Shown piece after piece: positions 34,102-50,368 of a DNA stretch of 64,000 nucleotides. Under the pieces are notes generated by a model that was given only the letters and a program-made list of their open reading frames with translations, was not told the origin of the DNA and made no database searches. Each line of letters begins with the position of its first letter. Within the stretch, counting starts at the first letter, position 1. This stretch comes from Eledone cirrhosa. Taxonomy: Eukaryota. The position numbers were made by a program, and so were the translations under genes. The stretch is taken from NCBI GenBank assembly GCA_964016885.1, contig CAXHJY010001117.1, forward strand, positions 124,001 through 188,000. The letters run 5' to 3'.

Positions 34102-35021
34102 TCATATATATATATACACATATATATATATATATAATATATATATACATATTATATATATATATATATGCATATATATATTTATATATATATACATATA
34201 TATATATGTATATATATATATGCATATATATATTTATATATATATACATATATATATGTATATATATATATGCATATATATATTTATATATATATACATA
34301 TATATATGTATATATATATATGCATATATATATTATATATATATATATATACATATATGTATATATATATACATATATATATATACATATATATATACAT
34401 ATATATATATACATATATATATTTATACATATATATATATATATATATATACATATATATATACAATAATATATATATACATATACATATATATACAATA
34501 TATATATACATATACATATACATATATACATATATATATATACATATACATATATATATACATATATATATATACATATACATAATATACATATATATAA
34601 TATCATATATAATATATATACATATATATATATACATATACATATATATATACATATACATATATATACATATATATACATATATATATATATATACATA
34701 TATATACATATATATATATATATACATATATATACATATATATATATATATACATATATACGGAGGAGGTTATAGTTCACTTGAAGCATTGTGTAATGAG
34801 GTATAAACGTTAGAATATGTGTAATAAGGCCAAGACAATGCAGATATGGACATAGAAAAAAGAATGCAATAGTGAGAGATATTGATGAGAATTCGTCTTT
34901 CACCTTGAATTTATTTAAATGTCCTTAATTTTCGAGATAATATCTCTTCTTCGGAGGGAAGTAAAAGTCTCAGACCATGGCTTCATTAGTAATTTAAAGA
35001 CGCTGGTCTGAGACTTTTACT

Positions 35022-36021
35022 CATCATCTATATTAATGACATCACTGACATCATCAAACACAGCAACATTAAAATTTTCGCTGATGATTCCAAGCTCCAA
35101 AAGGTCATCAATGGCGTGGATGACCGATAAGCCTTCAGTCAGACCTACTGGCTGTTACCCAATGGGCAGAAAAGAACAACATGTTACTGAACTAAGACAA
35201 ATTCGAACTGATCCACTTTGGAAAAGAGGATGCTCTGAAACTCCCGTACTCCCTTCCCTCCGGGGAAACTCTCGTGGCATCTAACAACATCAGAGACTTG
35301 GGAGTAACCGTGGACAGCAACATAAGCTGGACCACGCATATAAGCAGCAAAGTTGACATGGCCCGCAGAATGTGTTCCTGGATCCTCAGAACCTTCCAGT
35401 CGAGAGATTCCCGCACCATTATCCTTCTCTTCTCTACTTTCGCCCGACCACACCTTGAATACTGTTGTCCACTGTGGTCTCCCCACACGAAACAAAGTAT
35501 CATGAAACTTGAAGCTCCTCAAAGGGCAATCACGAAAAAGATAGATGGCATGTCAGACCTTGACTACTGGGGTCGATTAGTAAACCTGAAACTTTACTCA
35601 CTCCAACGTCGCCGTGAGCGTTATATTATCTGCATGATGTGGAAAATGTTCCATCATCACTGCCCAAATGATGTTGGCATCGCCTTCAAGATACACCCAA
35701 GGCTTGGGCCCCGTGCTATCCGTCCCATTCAAAAATCTAAATCGCAACTCATAACAACAATACGGCACAATTATTTCACCTCAATCGGCCCTGCTCTCTT
35801 CAACATCACACCAGGACACGTCAAAACAGAAACTGACCACACAAAATTCAAGAAGTCTTTGGACAAATTCCTCCAAGTAATCCCGGACAAACCACCCACA
35901 CCCGGATATGTCTCCGCAAACAGTAATTCTCTTCTCGAATGGGCCATGGTGCCCAAATCCTGAATTGAAAGACTTCGCCAGGTGGTGCTATTAAGTTAGA
36001 CATGGCCTGGGCCTCAAAGTT
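35022..36021 (+). mobile_element. CR1/L2-group LINE 3' end (copy 2, offset 2128 bp)
   Basis: Near-identical to copy 1, including the disruptions and the ~260-bp upstream flank. Confidence 0.85.
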
Positions 36022-36066
36022 ATATATATATACATATATACATATATATATACATATATATATATA

Positions 36067-36136
<70 letters not shown>

Positions 36137-36143
36137 TATATAC

Positions 36144-36196
<53 letters not shown>

Positions 36197-36219
36197 TATA
36201 CATATATATATATACATTC

Positions 36220-36287
<68 letters not shown>

Positions 36288-36403
36288 TCATATATATATA
36301 TACATATATATATATACATATATATTCATATATATATATTCATATATATATATATATATTCATATATATATATACATATATATACATACATATATATATA
36401 TAC

Positions 36404-36467
<64 letters not shown>

Positions 36468-36497
36468 ACATATATATATATACATATATATACATAC

Positions 36498-36533
<36 letters not shown>

Positions 36534-36549
36534 ACATATATATATATAC

Positions 36550-36589
<40 letters not shown>

Positions 36590-36651
36590 ACATATATATA
36601 TATACATATATACATATACATATATATTCATATATATATATATATATATAC

Positions 36652-36691
<40 letters not shown>

Positions 36692-36744
36692 ACACATATA
36701 TACATATACATATATATTCATATATATATATATATATATATATA

Positions 36745-36782
<38 letters not shown>

Positions 36783-36823
36783 TATATACATATATATATA
36801 CATATATATATACATATATATAT

Positions 36824-36856
<33 letters not shown>

Positions 36857-36882
36857 TATATATTCATATATATACATATATA

Positions 36883-36940
<58 letters not shown>

Positions 36941-36941
<1 letters not shown>

Positions 36942-37546
36942 GGTGGCTGCCAACTCGTTTTCGTGTACGGCCACTACTTTATATCCATGTAGGAGAACCC
37001 CTACCGATGCGCTGAACGAGTGTGACTTTTTAGTCCAGCCAGCGACTTGAAAACTCTGGTACAGACACTACACTTGTGACAATTATTGACACATAGTGCT
37101 GGGCCCATGGTACCATGTGACAAGTGCAGAGATATCTCCAGATACAAAGCAATGCCTGTGCCATGAAGCTTTTATAGTGAGCAAAGGCACTGCACAAAGC
37201 CAGTCCCACTCTCTTGACCAAGATGATATTTACCAAAAAGAAGAACAAGTCAACATCATTGGATACCACCAGAGTTGCAGGTGTTATATCAGAGTTTTCC
37301 TTCTCTTAGAATTCTGCCTTGGCAAAGGCTAATGGGTCATCTCTCCCGGTGATTTTGGATGGCCATTGACTCTTAAGAGCTCCTTTGCCCTTTGACAGGT
37401 TTTGTTTTTAGTCCTGCAGGATGTCCAAAGCCACCCTCCTCACCAAGAAACCTTGGTGGGGTTGCCAGTTTAGACGCCAACGATCCGACCATGAGACAGG
37501 TTGTACTGGGATACATGTTACCAGTAGCACCAACTGGTGACCTGAC
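36941..37546 (-). mobile_element. Non-autonomous RTE derivative (5' UTR-like part fused to zinc-finger/3' end)
   Basis: Reverse complement carries GGAAAACTCTGATATAACACC, encodes [17 protein letters not shown] and ends CGAGTTGGCAGCCACCA + (TA)n. Confidence 0.7.
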
Positions 37547-38476
37547 ATATATACATACATACATACATACATACATACATACACGTAAAATAATGTTAAA
37601 AGTTTTGGATCTTCATTATACTTGGAAGACAGGAGGATTTCTTCCAGTGACAGAGATAGGGGTAGAGGTAGAGGTAGAGGTAGAGGTAGAGATAGAGAGA
37701 GAAAGAGAGAGAGTGATTCAGATGGACAGACATGCAGAGAAAGGAAGGAATGGAAGAAAGAAAGACATATATTGGAGGACAAATGAAGCCCGGGATTAAC
37801 CGAAACTATAAGAGACAAAACTAGCTTCGTGTATACTTGAGCTCAATATGTAGAGAACCAGAACGAATACTGGAAATTATTCATATTGTTGTTCTAAACA
37901 CACTGTCAATTCACCGCCTCACCTCGCTAATTACTAAAACTGATGAAATAATTAAATGTGTCTTTTTATTCATTTGCTTCATTAATACACACATTCGTTT
38001 TAGTCTATATATATTTTTTCATCTTATTTCATTTTATTTGTTGGTTATTTCAAATGATTTAATTGTCACCGACGCTCTGTAAGTTAGTAATTAAATTCAA
38101 CAGTTAGTAACTGCACTAATTAAAATTATATGTGTTAAGTAAGTTTTTTTAAAGCAAAAAAATATACCGACATGTCACATGAAATTTGTCAATATTTGCT
38201 GAAATAAGTAGTTTTTTAGCTTGTATTTATATATTTATATTTCTAGTTTAGGTTTATATTTTTGTTGTTACTGTTAATGTATTTATATCATCGTCATTAG
38301 TTTAGAGACTTGGTTTCATACACGTATACATATATATTCTTTTTTTCAGATGTTGTCTAGAATAATAACTCTGGTGTGGTTTACCGTGACGGATATAAGG
38401 CAGATATCTGGTGAATATTTCACCAATGAACGAAAATCGACGACAATTTTTGTTTCAAAGTAGTTTAATATAAACA

Positions 38477-38549
<73 letters not shown>

Positions 38550-38562
38550 ATATGTATATATG

Positions 38563-38593
<31 letters not shown>

Positions 38594-38598
38594 AAATG

Positions 38599-38630
<32 letters not shown>

Positions 38631-38720
38631 TATAAATGTATGTATATATATACATATATATATACATTTATATATATATATAAATGTATATATATATATA
38701 TATATACATATATATAAATG

Positions 38721-38752
<32 letters not shown>

Positions 38753-39112
38753 TATAAATGTATGTATATATATATACATATATATATACATTTATATATA
38801 TATATAAATGTATATATATATATATATATATACATATATATAAATGTATATATGTATATCTGTATATATATATATGCATATAAATAATATATATATATAT
38901 GAATGTATATATATGTATATATACTATATCTATATATATTTATATATAGTAATAATAATAAATGTGATGACTAAAATCCAAAGTGGACTCGATAAGGATA
39001 ATATATATAAAATATATTAGAACCCTAGAGCAAATATTTAATAAAATAACAGATTAACGCTTAAGCACAGAATTGGTCCTTTCACTCTTATATATATATA
39101 TATATATATATC

Positions 39113-39144
<32 letters not shown>

Positions 39145-39933
39145 CGTTAGTTATTTCTATATATAATATAGATGCATCACTTTTATATACACACATACAT
39201 ACACACATATTCATATATATATATATATATATATACAAGTACATATATATATATATATATATATACATATATATATACATGTACATATATATACATATAT
39301 ATATACATGTACATATATATACATATATATATACATGTACATATATATACATATATATACACATGTACATATATATATATATACATATATATACATATAT
39401 ATATACATGTACATATATATATATACATATATATACACATGTACATATATATATATACATATATATACATATACATATACATGTACATATATATTATACA
39501 TATATATACACATGTACATATATATATATACATATATATACATATACATATATATATATACATATATATACATATACATATATACATTATATATACATAT
39601 ATACACATATATATACATATACGTATATACATATAAATATATATATACATATACATATACATACATATATATATACATACATACATACATACACATACAC
39701 ATATATACATACATATATATATACATACATATATATATACATATATACATATATATACATACATATATATATATACATATATATATATATACATATATAT
39801 ATATTATACATATATATATATATATATATATACAACCCCATGCATTGAACCACAATGTTACTAAGAAAAAACCTATATATTTGCTAGCATTGATATGCAT
39901 CTGTATGTATATAAATGTTACTAGATATAAATT

Positions 39934-39969
<36 letters not shown>

Positions 39970-40189
39970 GTATTTGCAGCACCAGTATTGAATACTACTA
40001 ATCTGGAAAGCGTATCAATCTAATACCAGCGCTGCCAACTGTTTACCCTTGTTCATGTATGCATAATGGCTTTTCAATAAACATCTAACGATCGTTCCTT
40101 TAAAATTTCTAAAACGGTTTACTGAGATTTAGAGAATCAAAGCTATTTTGACATATCTATATTTTAATATTCTTCGTAAGCAGCTACAG

Positions 40190-40253
<64 letters not shown>

Positions 40254-40417
40254 ATATATGTATATATATGGATATAAATGTATGCATAACTGTATGTAAA
40301 TTTATTATACGTATATAGATATATTTATGTAATATAAATCTATGTATGTATGTTTGTACATAATCTATGAATGTATATAAATGATTGTATGTATATAAAT
40401 GTCTGTATATATATATA

Positions 40418-40450
<33 letters not shown>

Positions 40451-40505
40451 TATGTATATATATGTGTGTGTGTGTATATTTCTATATATACATATATCTA
40501 TATAC

Positions 40506-40545
<40 letters not shown>

Positions 40546-41149
40546 TATACATATATATATATATATAATATATACATATACATAATATATATATATATAG
40601 ACATATCTATCTACAAAGAACATGAAAATCCTTCAGTTACCCCCTTAGCTTGATTTATCATTTTAATGTTTGAAGTGTTTCGCTTAGAAACAGATTAAAT
40701 TTCCCTCTGCAGAATATTAAAAACAAGATGAAAGCTACGGCGCACTGATGAACGTGAATTAAGAGATAGAAAGCTATGCGTAATATTAAAATATTGAATA
40801 AGCGGTGAAGTAGTTGCCGAGAGAAAAAGATGAGAGATTTAGAGAAATTGAAACAACGTGTGTTGTGTGGTGTGGGTTTGATGGGTTTAAATAATAATAA
40901 CTAATATATAATATTATTCATTGTTCCGTCAGTGATAAAAAACAATTGAACAGGGAATTACAGAAAGGGATTAATGTCGACGAATAAATAAAAACAATAT
41001 TTTATCTCGACGATTATTTAGCGAAAGCTAATTAAGTTTTTGTTGGAGTAACAACATTTGTATCAATGAGTGGCAGGTTCCTGTCATGGCGAAAGCGCGA
41101 AAGCGTGAAACCTTGGTTTATTTTCTAGTAATTCTATTATATATATATA

Positions 41150-41368
41150 TAATACAAGATAATGAAATTATTTAGCACAGTGCTCAGATGCACTACTACT
41201 CATCAAATGTTCATGTATGGTACATAGAATAATGTACAAATGTCAGGTAAATGAACAGTGTATGAGTCATGATATACAGTGTGCCTGAGTATGGAGGGGG
41301 ACGTCAGGTGTGGTGTTGGCGAATTTCAGAGAGCAAGCATGTTTTAAAGGATGCAGCGTCTAGGCAGC
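41150..41368 (-). mobile_element. Probable LINE 3' end fragment
   Basis: Reverse complement translates [20 protein letters not shown], followed by a UTR-like stretch ending in TA repeats. Confidence 0.45.
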
Positions 41369-41427
41369 TAACATCTATATATCTATCTATCTCTCGCTCT
41401 CGCTCTCTCTATATATATATATACACA

Positions 41428-41463
<36 letters not shown>

Positions 41464-42687
41464 TATATATATGTATGTACACATACGTATATGTATACAC
41501 ACACAGACATATATACATATATATATACATATATACATATACATATATACATATACATATACATATATTTATACATATATAAAGATAGAGAAAGAGTGAA
41601 ACATATATGTCGGTTTATTTCCAAGATTTCAAAATGGCAGACATAGCTTGGGTTTTATTATGATAACCAATTTAAAGTAAAGATACATGAGGGAGACTGC
41701 TTAATATAGTTAATGTTTTTACCTAATTTAGCTAACAAATATATATTTAACAAAACCCACCAATGCAATAAAATGTATTTCCCTAAGACTATGTCCACCA
41801 TTTCCACGTCTTCATTTTGTGTGGCAGGCTTCCTCGTTGATGTTTTATTTGGGCATTCACATACGTATTACTGAGGTACACATACACACATATATATATA
41901 CATATATACACACACAGACTTATACAGAAACATACAGACCCCTCACATATATACATACACACGTAGACACATGAATATATATAATATATAAATATATCTA
42001 TATCTATATATATATATATATCTATATCTATATCTATATATATATAAATATATATATCTATATATATAAATATATATATCTATATATATATAAATATATC
42101 TATAAATATATATATAAATATATATATAAATATATATATCTATATATATATATAAATATATCTATCTATATATATATATAAATATATATATAAATATATA
42201 TATCTATATATATATATAAATATATATATAAATATATATATCTATATATATATAAATATATATATCTATATAAATATATATATAAATATATATATAAATA
42301 TATATATCTATATATATATAAATATATATATAAATATATATATCTATATATATATAAATATATATAAATATATATATCTATATATAAATATATATATATC
42401 TATATATATATATATATACCTATATATATATAAATATATATACCTATATATATATAAATATCTATATCTATATATATCTATATATAAATATATATATATC
42501 TATATATATATATATATATACCTATATATATATAAATATATATACCTATATATATATAAATATCTATATCTATATATATAAATATATATATCTATATATA
42601 TATAAATATACATAAATATATATAAATATATCTATATATAAATATATATATCTGTATATTTATATATATATCTATCTATACATACAT

Positions 42688-42751
<64 letters not shown>

Positions 42752-42786
42752 ATATAAGCATATATATGTGTAGTATATACTTATAT

Positions 42787-42823
<37 letters not shown>

Positions 42824-42852
42824 GTATGTATGTATATATATATATATACATA

Positions 42853-43203
42853 CAACTCTGATGGTATCCTGCGACTCTGATGGTATCCACTGATGTTGAC
42901 TTGTTCTTCTTTTTGGTAAATATCATCTTGGTTAAGACAGTGGGACTGGCTTTGTGAAGTGCCTTTGCTCACTATAAAAGCTTCACGGCACAGGCATTGC
43001 TTTGTATCTGGAGATCTCTCTGCACTTGTCACATGGTACCATGGGCCCAGCACTATGTGTCAATCATTGTCACGAGTGTAGTGTCTGTACCAGGGTTTTC
43101 AAGTCGTTGGCTGGACTAAAAAGTCACTCATTCAGCCTATCGGTAGGGTTTCTCCTACATGGATATAAAGTAGTGGACGTACTCGAAAGCGAGTTGGCAG
43201 CCA

Positions 43204-43206
<3 letters not shown>
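42853..43206 (+). mobile_element. 5'-truncated second copy of the non-autonomous RTE derivative
   Basis: Inverted homolog of 36941-37280; [20 protein letters not shown]; ends CTCGAAAGCGAGTTGGCAGCCACCA(TA)n. Confidence 0.75.
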
Positions 43207-43243
<37 letters not shown>

Positions 43244-44174
43244 ATATGCATGTGTGTGTGTCTGGGTGTGTGTGTGTGTCTGTATGCGTGTGTGTGTATG
43301 TGTGTCTGTGTGTGTGTGTGTATGTGTGTGTGAGTGAATATTTCCGTGTTAGAAGTAGTGAAATTAATGGCATTTTTTCTATCAGAGTTTATCCGTATAA
43401 ACTTCCTCTGCTGATACAACAGTATAGCAATAGATGACACATAAAGACGGGTAGCTAAGTGGTGTAGCGTTAGAGAATATTACGAAGTCTTGTAATATAT
43501 AAAATCTACGATGCTTTATGAGAGACAGGAGGGAAATTTTGCCAAACCTGATTATAGTATTTGAAGTGAAATTGAGAAGAAAATAATAACAGTGAGAGAA
43601 AATAAAATAAATATTCGCTAAAGCGAATCTAAAATCTAAAAACTTTCCGGGGAGTGATGTTTCTTCTGCCATTTCAATTTTTCATTCCGTTGAGGAGATA
43701 GAAAAGAAAATATAGCGGGAAATTAAGAAGAGGTGTTTGATTGTATGAGTCAATGGCCTTTTCCACTTATTCGTACCATGTTAGAAAGCAAATATATTTG
43801 ATAGGTCTGTGAGAATAATAGAGTAAGTGACTTGCAGTTAGAATAGGCTTGTTATATCACTGTGAATTACTATCAAGTGGTTTTGCGCTTATTTGAAAGG
43901 TAGAGAAATATATTTAAGAAAGACTTCACTGAAATTTGTTTACCGAAATGGTGTGGCTTATGTAATGTAGTTTATTGAACCCAATAAAGACGATACTACC
44001 AATGTTTGACTGAATATATCTTAGAATTCTCTCATATAGTCTTAGATGTCTCGTCTTAATAGAAATATAGAGAGGTTTGCCACACAGGGTCCTGTCCCGT
44101 ATCCTTCTGGTAAAGATGTTGTGATGTAAAATTGGACACAGTATATTGGACACACACACACACACACACACACG

Positions 44175-44231
<57 letters not shown>

Positions 44232-44235
<4 letters not shown>

Positions 44236-44421
44236 GGAAATGTGGTAAGGAACCAGGTGGACCATAACGCACCAAAGTACTCAATACTTAGCGTAGTAGA
44301 GTGGGTAATAGGAACGAGTAGGACACCGACGGCTGAGCCCAAGCCGTTTCGACGGCTAATTCTGTCCAGAATTAGCCGTCGAAACGGCTTGATCTCCAGC
44401 CGTCGGGATCCTCACTCTTTT

Positions 44422-44424
<3 letters not shown>
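44232..44424. mobile_element. Fold-back copy of the GCCGTCGAAACGGC family (centre 44365-44366)
   Basis: Long arm on minus strand, short inverted arm on plus strand. Confidence 0.8.
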
Positions 44425-44481
<57 letters not shown>

Positions 44482-44485
44482 AAAA

Positions 44486-44672
44486 GAGTCAGGACCCCGA
44501 CGGCGGAGCTCCGGTCGTTTCAACTGCTAGATCCGAACTGTTCGGATCTAGCAGTTGAAACGACCGGAGCTCAGCCGTCGGGGTCCTGACTCGTTTCCTA
44601 TTACCCACTCTACTACCCTAAGTATCGAGTACTCTGGTGTGTTATGGTCCACCTGGTTCCTTACCACACTTT

Positions 44673-44673
<1 letters not shown>
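44486..44673. mobile_element. Fold-back copy of a sister subfamily (53-bp arms, centre 44539)
   Basis: GAGTCAGGACCCCGACGGC...TCCGAAC t GTTCGGA...GCCGTCGGGGTCCTGACTC with one mismatch; same distal tail as 31130-31208. Confidence 0.85.
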
Positions 44674-44733
<60 letters not shown>

Positions 44734-44934
44734 GTATATATATATACAAACACAATATGTATACAATAAGTACAACATTTATTCAGGAATGTGAGATATG
44801 TAATTTATAAGAGAGTACTCTGATGAAATAAAGTACCAGTAATGTACTGGGGTCGATTTAATCCACCTTCCTATCCCCCAAAATATCTGGCCCTGTATTT
44901 ATTAGAAATCGATATTCTGCGAATTTTAAAATAT

Positions 44935-45330
44935 TATAACATAACATATCATAATTTTATATAATATAATATAATAAAATATAATTTCATATAATATAAT
45001 ATAACATAATAAAATATAATTTTATATAATATAATATGATATAATAAATTATAATAAAATATAATATAATATAATATAATAAAATATAATAAAATATAAT
45101 ATAATATAATATAATATAATAAAATATAATAAAATATAATATAATATAATATAATAAAATATAATATAATATAATATAATAAAATATAATAAAATATAAT
45201 ATAATATAATATAATATAATAAAATATAATAAAATATAATATAATATAATATAATATAATAAAATATAATATAATATAATATAATTCAACATGAAATATT
45301 ATAATTTAATATAACATGATATAATATAAT
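44935..45330. repeat. (ATATA/ATAAT)n pentanucleotide repeat
   Basis: Direct reading. Confidence 0.9.
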
Positions 45331-45332
45331 TA

Positions 45333-45722
45333 TTTCTGCTTTTGGCACAAGGTCAGCAATTATTCCAGTGTATTACTGGTACTTTATTTTATCGACCCCG
45401 TAAGGATGAAAGGTAAAATTAACCTCGAAGGGATTTGAAACTCAGACCATAAAGGGTCGTAACACCCTGCTGCAAAGCGTGGCGTCCGACCCTCTACCAA
45501 TACTGCCAATTCACCGCCAATATACTATAATATAATATAATAGTTTCTACTTTTGGCACACGCACAGCAATTACCAGTACATTACTGGTACAGTATTTTA
45601 TTGACAGCGTAAGGATGAAAGCCAAAGTTAATCTAAGAGTGATATCAACTCAGATCATACAGGGAAGTACCTATGTTGGAAAGCTTGCCCGACCCTCTAC
45701 CGAGACTGCCAATTCACCTCCC
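45333..45722 (-). mobile_element. Two tandem tRNA-derived SINEs (Meta-like core)
   Basis: Both read TTTTGGCACA...CTGGTAC...GTAAGGATGAAAG...CTGCCAATTCACC on +. Confidence 0.75.
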
Positions 45723-46063
45723 TTTAATTTAATATAATGTAATATAATGAGATAAAATATAATTTAATATAATGTAATATAATGAGATAAAATATAATAT
45801 AATATACTGCAATATAATAAAATATAATATAATATAATAAATAATATAATATAATATAATATAATATAATACATATTGACAAATATATTTCAGGGAGCGG
45901 GGATAAAATTATGTTCTCAAATATCGGCTGGTTGAACTGTAGAAATGTGTTTATTCCCTGCAGGAATGAAAAATGGAAATAACGTGTGTATGATGTTAAG
46001 ATGCTTTATCAAAGGAGGAATTACGGGAGAGAATTACAGAAACATACATACGTACACACACAC

Positions 46064-46113
<50 letters not shown>

Positions 46114-46244
46114 TATATATATATATATATATCTTATATATATATCTTATATATATATATATAATATATATATCTTATATATATATCTTATATATATATC
46201 TTATATATATATCTTATATATATATATATATCTTATATATATAT

Positions 46245-46277
<33 letters not shown>

Positions 46278-46484
46278 TTATATATATACATATATACTTA
46301 TATATATACATATATACTTATATATATACATATATACTTATATATATACATATATACTTATACATATATATACTTATACATATATATATATATATATACT
46401 TATACATATTTATGTATATGTATATATATGTATATGCATAGAATTATATATGTATATATATATATATGTATGGGGATATATGTG

Positions 46485-46553
<69 letters not shown>

Positions 46554-46697
46554 GATATATATATATATATATATATATATACAGGATATATATATATATA
46601 TATATATATATACAGGATATATATATATATATATATATACAGGATATATATATATATATATATATACAGGATATATATATATATATATATATATACA

Positions 46698-46773
<76 letters not shown>

Positions 46774-46914
46774 TGAGTGTATATTAGTTTATTTGTCTTT
46801 CATCTCGATATAAATTAGAATTTCTTTTGTGGTTTACTAAGAATAGTTGATTCCATTCGAAAATTCTCATTATTCCGTTTGGAAACACAAGCTAAAAATA
46901 TTGATACAAACTTG

Positions 46915-46958
<44 letters not shown>

Positions 46959-47361
46959 TTATGTATATAGGCGTGTGTGTATCTATGTGTATGTATATAT
47001 ATATATATATAAATATATATGTTCGTATATATGTATGTATATGTTTATGTATGTATGTATATATATATATACAGTATATATATATATAAATATATAAATA
47101 TATATATATATATATATACACAAATATATGTATGTATATATAAATATGTGTTGGTGGTGTGGTGTTGACTGTGGAGTAGGGGAGTGAGTGGCGGGGTGGT
47201 GTGTGGCGGGGTAGGGTAGTGGTGTTGCTTATAATGCTGTTGATGTTGGTGGCGGTTATGGTGCGACTTGTGGACTTTAATTATTATTCTTGCTAACGGC
47301 TCAACCCATATGTCTCCCTCTCTCTCACAGCATATATACATATATAAACATGGCTACAAGC

Positions 47362-47536
<175 letters not shown>

Positions 47537-47545
47537 TATGTATAA

Positions 47546-47580
<35 letters not shown>

Positions 47581-47715
47581 TATATGTATAAATATATATA
47601 TATATATATGTATAAATATATATATATATGTATAAATATATATATATATATATATATGTATAAATATATATATATATATATGTATAAATATATATATATA
47701 TATATATATGTATAA

Positions 47716-47787
<72 letters not shown>

Positions 47788-47843
47788 GTTTATATATATA
47801 TACATGTATATATATATATACATATGTTTATATACATACATAT

Positions 47844-47883
<40 letters not shown>

Positions 47884-47959
47884 ATATGTATATATATATA
47901 TATATTCATATGTATAAATATATATATATACATGTATGTATATATAAATATGCATATAT

Positions 47960-47995
<36 letters not shown>

Positions 47996-48149
47996 GCAGA
48001 GAACAAAACAAAAACAAGGAGTGCAGTTAGGTATTAGGTTAACGCTTGAGAGTGGCGTGTATCTCTCTCTCTCTAATATATATTTGTGTATAAATATATA
48101 TTTGTGTATATATATATATGTATATATATATACACAAATATATATTTAT

Positions 48150-48190
<41 letters not shown>

Positions 48191-48899
48191 CATACGTAGA
48201 TACATACATATGTACATACACATACATACAATGACTTTTTAGACATCTCTTTCCTTAGCATGTGTTGCAATATACATAAATACATATTAGAATTTCAATA
48301 TTATATAAATATAATCCAAGGAATGATATAATATACAGCATAATCCATTCTCTAAGTAGGACGTGTGTTGTTATATATTTCTGAATATCTCATTATATTG
48401 GCTTTTACAATTACAGCGTAATTAAATATTTATTATGTTAAAAGGAATTACACTCGTATCTAACGCAAACAATAATTTTCGTTGTTGTCTTCTGTCACTA
48501 TTGTTCGACAGGGTTTAACGATTGATGTTTGAATGAATTTTCATTAAATAATTCCACAAATATATTCTTTTAAATGAATTGTTGCTTCATATTGAAGTAG
48601 CATGTGGAGTGGCTTGGCTGTGGTGGTGGTGTTGGTGTGTATATAATTGTGTGTAGACGTGGGTTGTGTGGAGAGATGGATCATTAGAAAATGCTGTGGA
48701 ATTAAGAACGTGGTTCTGGTTATGGCTGAGGTGGTGGGGTGGTGGAAGTGATTATGAAAGATGTCGTGTGTATGGTTTGTGTGTTGTATTGTGTGGTGGG
48801 GTGTGGTGTATGTGGTGAGGTTTAGTTCGTTGATGTGGAAATTATGCCAATTAAAATATGACACTTAAATAATGATGTGATATATATATACATATATAT

Positions 48900-48991
<92 letters not shown>

Positions 48992-49435
48992 GTATGTGCG
49001 TATATGTATGTATGTATACGGTAAACAGGAATAACAAAACAAATGGTAAAGTTTGTGGGAATATATATATATTTACACACATTCATGCAGCATATGTATG
49101 AATGTGTTATTGTATATATGTTTATATATATATATATATACATATGTGTATATATATATAGCGATCTATATTGTGGATACACCATGTGGGTTATATATTT
49201 ACACTCAGCCTCAGCGTTATGTCCAGGTCAGTAAAACATCTTTTCCTGGGTCCTGTATTTTCGTTGCTCTGGTAATGCCGTCGGACTGCCGACTGCTATA
49301 TCTAATTTGCTAAGCTGTCTGAACGTAATGTTATTATTCTGGGGACTTACCTCATCTGAGTGCTAAAGCTACAAACCGAATAAGCATACACGCTAGCTTG
49401 GCCGTATACTGGAGCTTCGTCTATGCTGTACTAAA

Positions 49436-49477
<42 letters not shown>

Positions 49478-49787
49478 TATTATCCTTCCATTATCCAACT
49501 TTTAGATAAATGTGTAACTCTCCTCTAAATGAAGAGAGAAAAAGTGATACTATGGAGGTTAGTTATACTACCCCTGGAAACAATATAACAAAAGCAACAA
49601 CGCCGAGGACATAAAACGCTAAGAAAACACAAATTGAAACATACGGTGCCTGGCTGTAACTTTCATAGTCTGACAAAGATACTCTCATGGAATGAGACCG
49701 AATATGCATACACGCTAGCTTGGCCGTATACTAGTGCTTCGTCTATGCTGTACTAACATTTATACATATATATATATATATATATAT

Positions 49788-49826
<39 letters not shown>

Positions 49827-49929
49827 CTATATATATATATATGGAACACCCAAATGATTTAGAATCGAACTTAGGTGCAATACTATTAAGAAAGGCATGA
49901 ACGACACCACAACACTTTGTTTTGAAAAT

Positions 49930-50368
49930 TTTGAAAGTAGGTTTATAAGTATGAATTTTCATAAGATTCTCGTAGTCGTCTCTGTGGCCCAGTGGTAGAT
50001 ACTAGAGACGGTGGTGGTCCTAGTCTTGGGTTCAATCCTGGTCAAATGGCAGATGTAACCTTTTTCAGTTTTTATTTTATAACCAATAGAAAAAAAAACT
50101 GAGAAGGTTTACTGAGAACCCTACTCCCGACCAGAATCGAACTTCAGACCAGGATCACCACTGTCTATGATTCTCCCACTAGGCCACCGAGCCAGATACA
50201 AAACTGCAATGAAAATTGATAATTTTAAACCTACTTTAAAAAGAGCTATTGGTAATATTTAGGGTCGACTTCTGGTCATTATTGAAAGTCTCTGGTTTTC
50301 GCAAAATACATAATATTTTTTATTGGAGATATTTTTTCACAAAAATGTTATTTATTCATTATAAAAAT
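49930..50368. mobile_element. Dispersed repeat with two convergent tRNA-like segments (copy B)
   Basis: TGGCCCAGTGG...GGTTCAATCC on +, GAATCGAAC...CCACTAGGCCA on -; inverted homolog of 6430-6881. Confidence 0.65.

Noticed and set aside
40740-40781. GCGCA CTGATGA ... GAAA GCTA TGCGT hammerhead-like motif
   Set aside because: Stem I fits but there is no stem II pairing; may be chance or decayed
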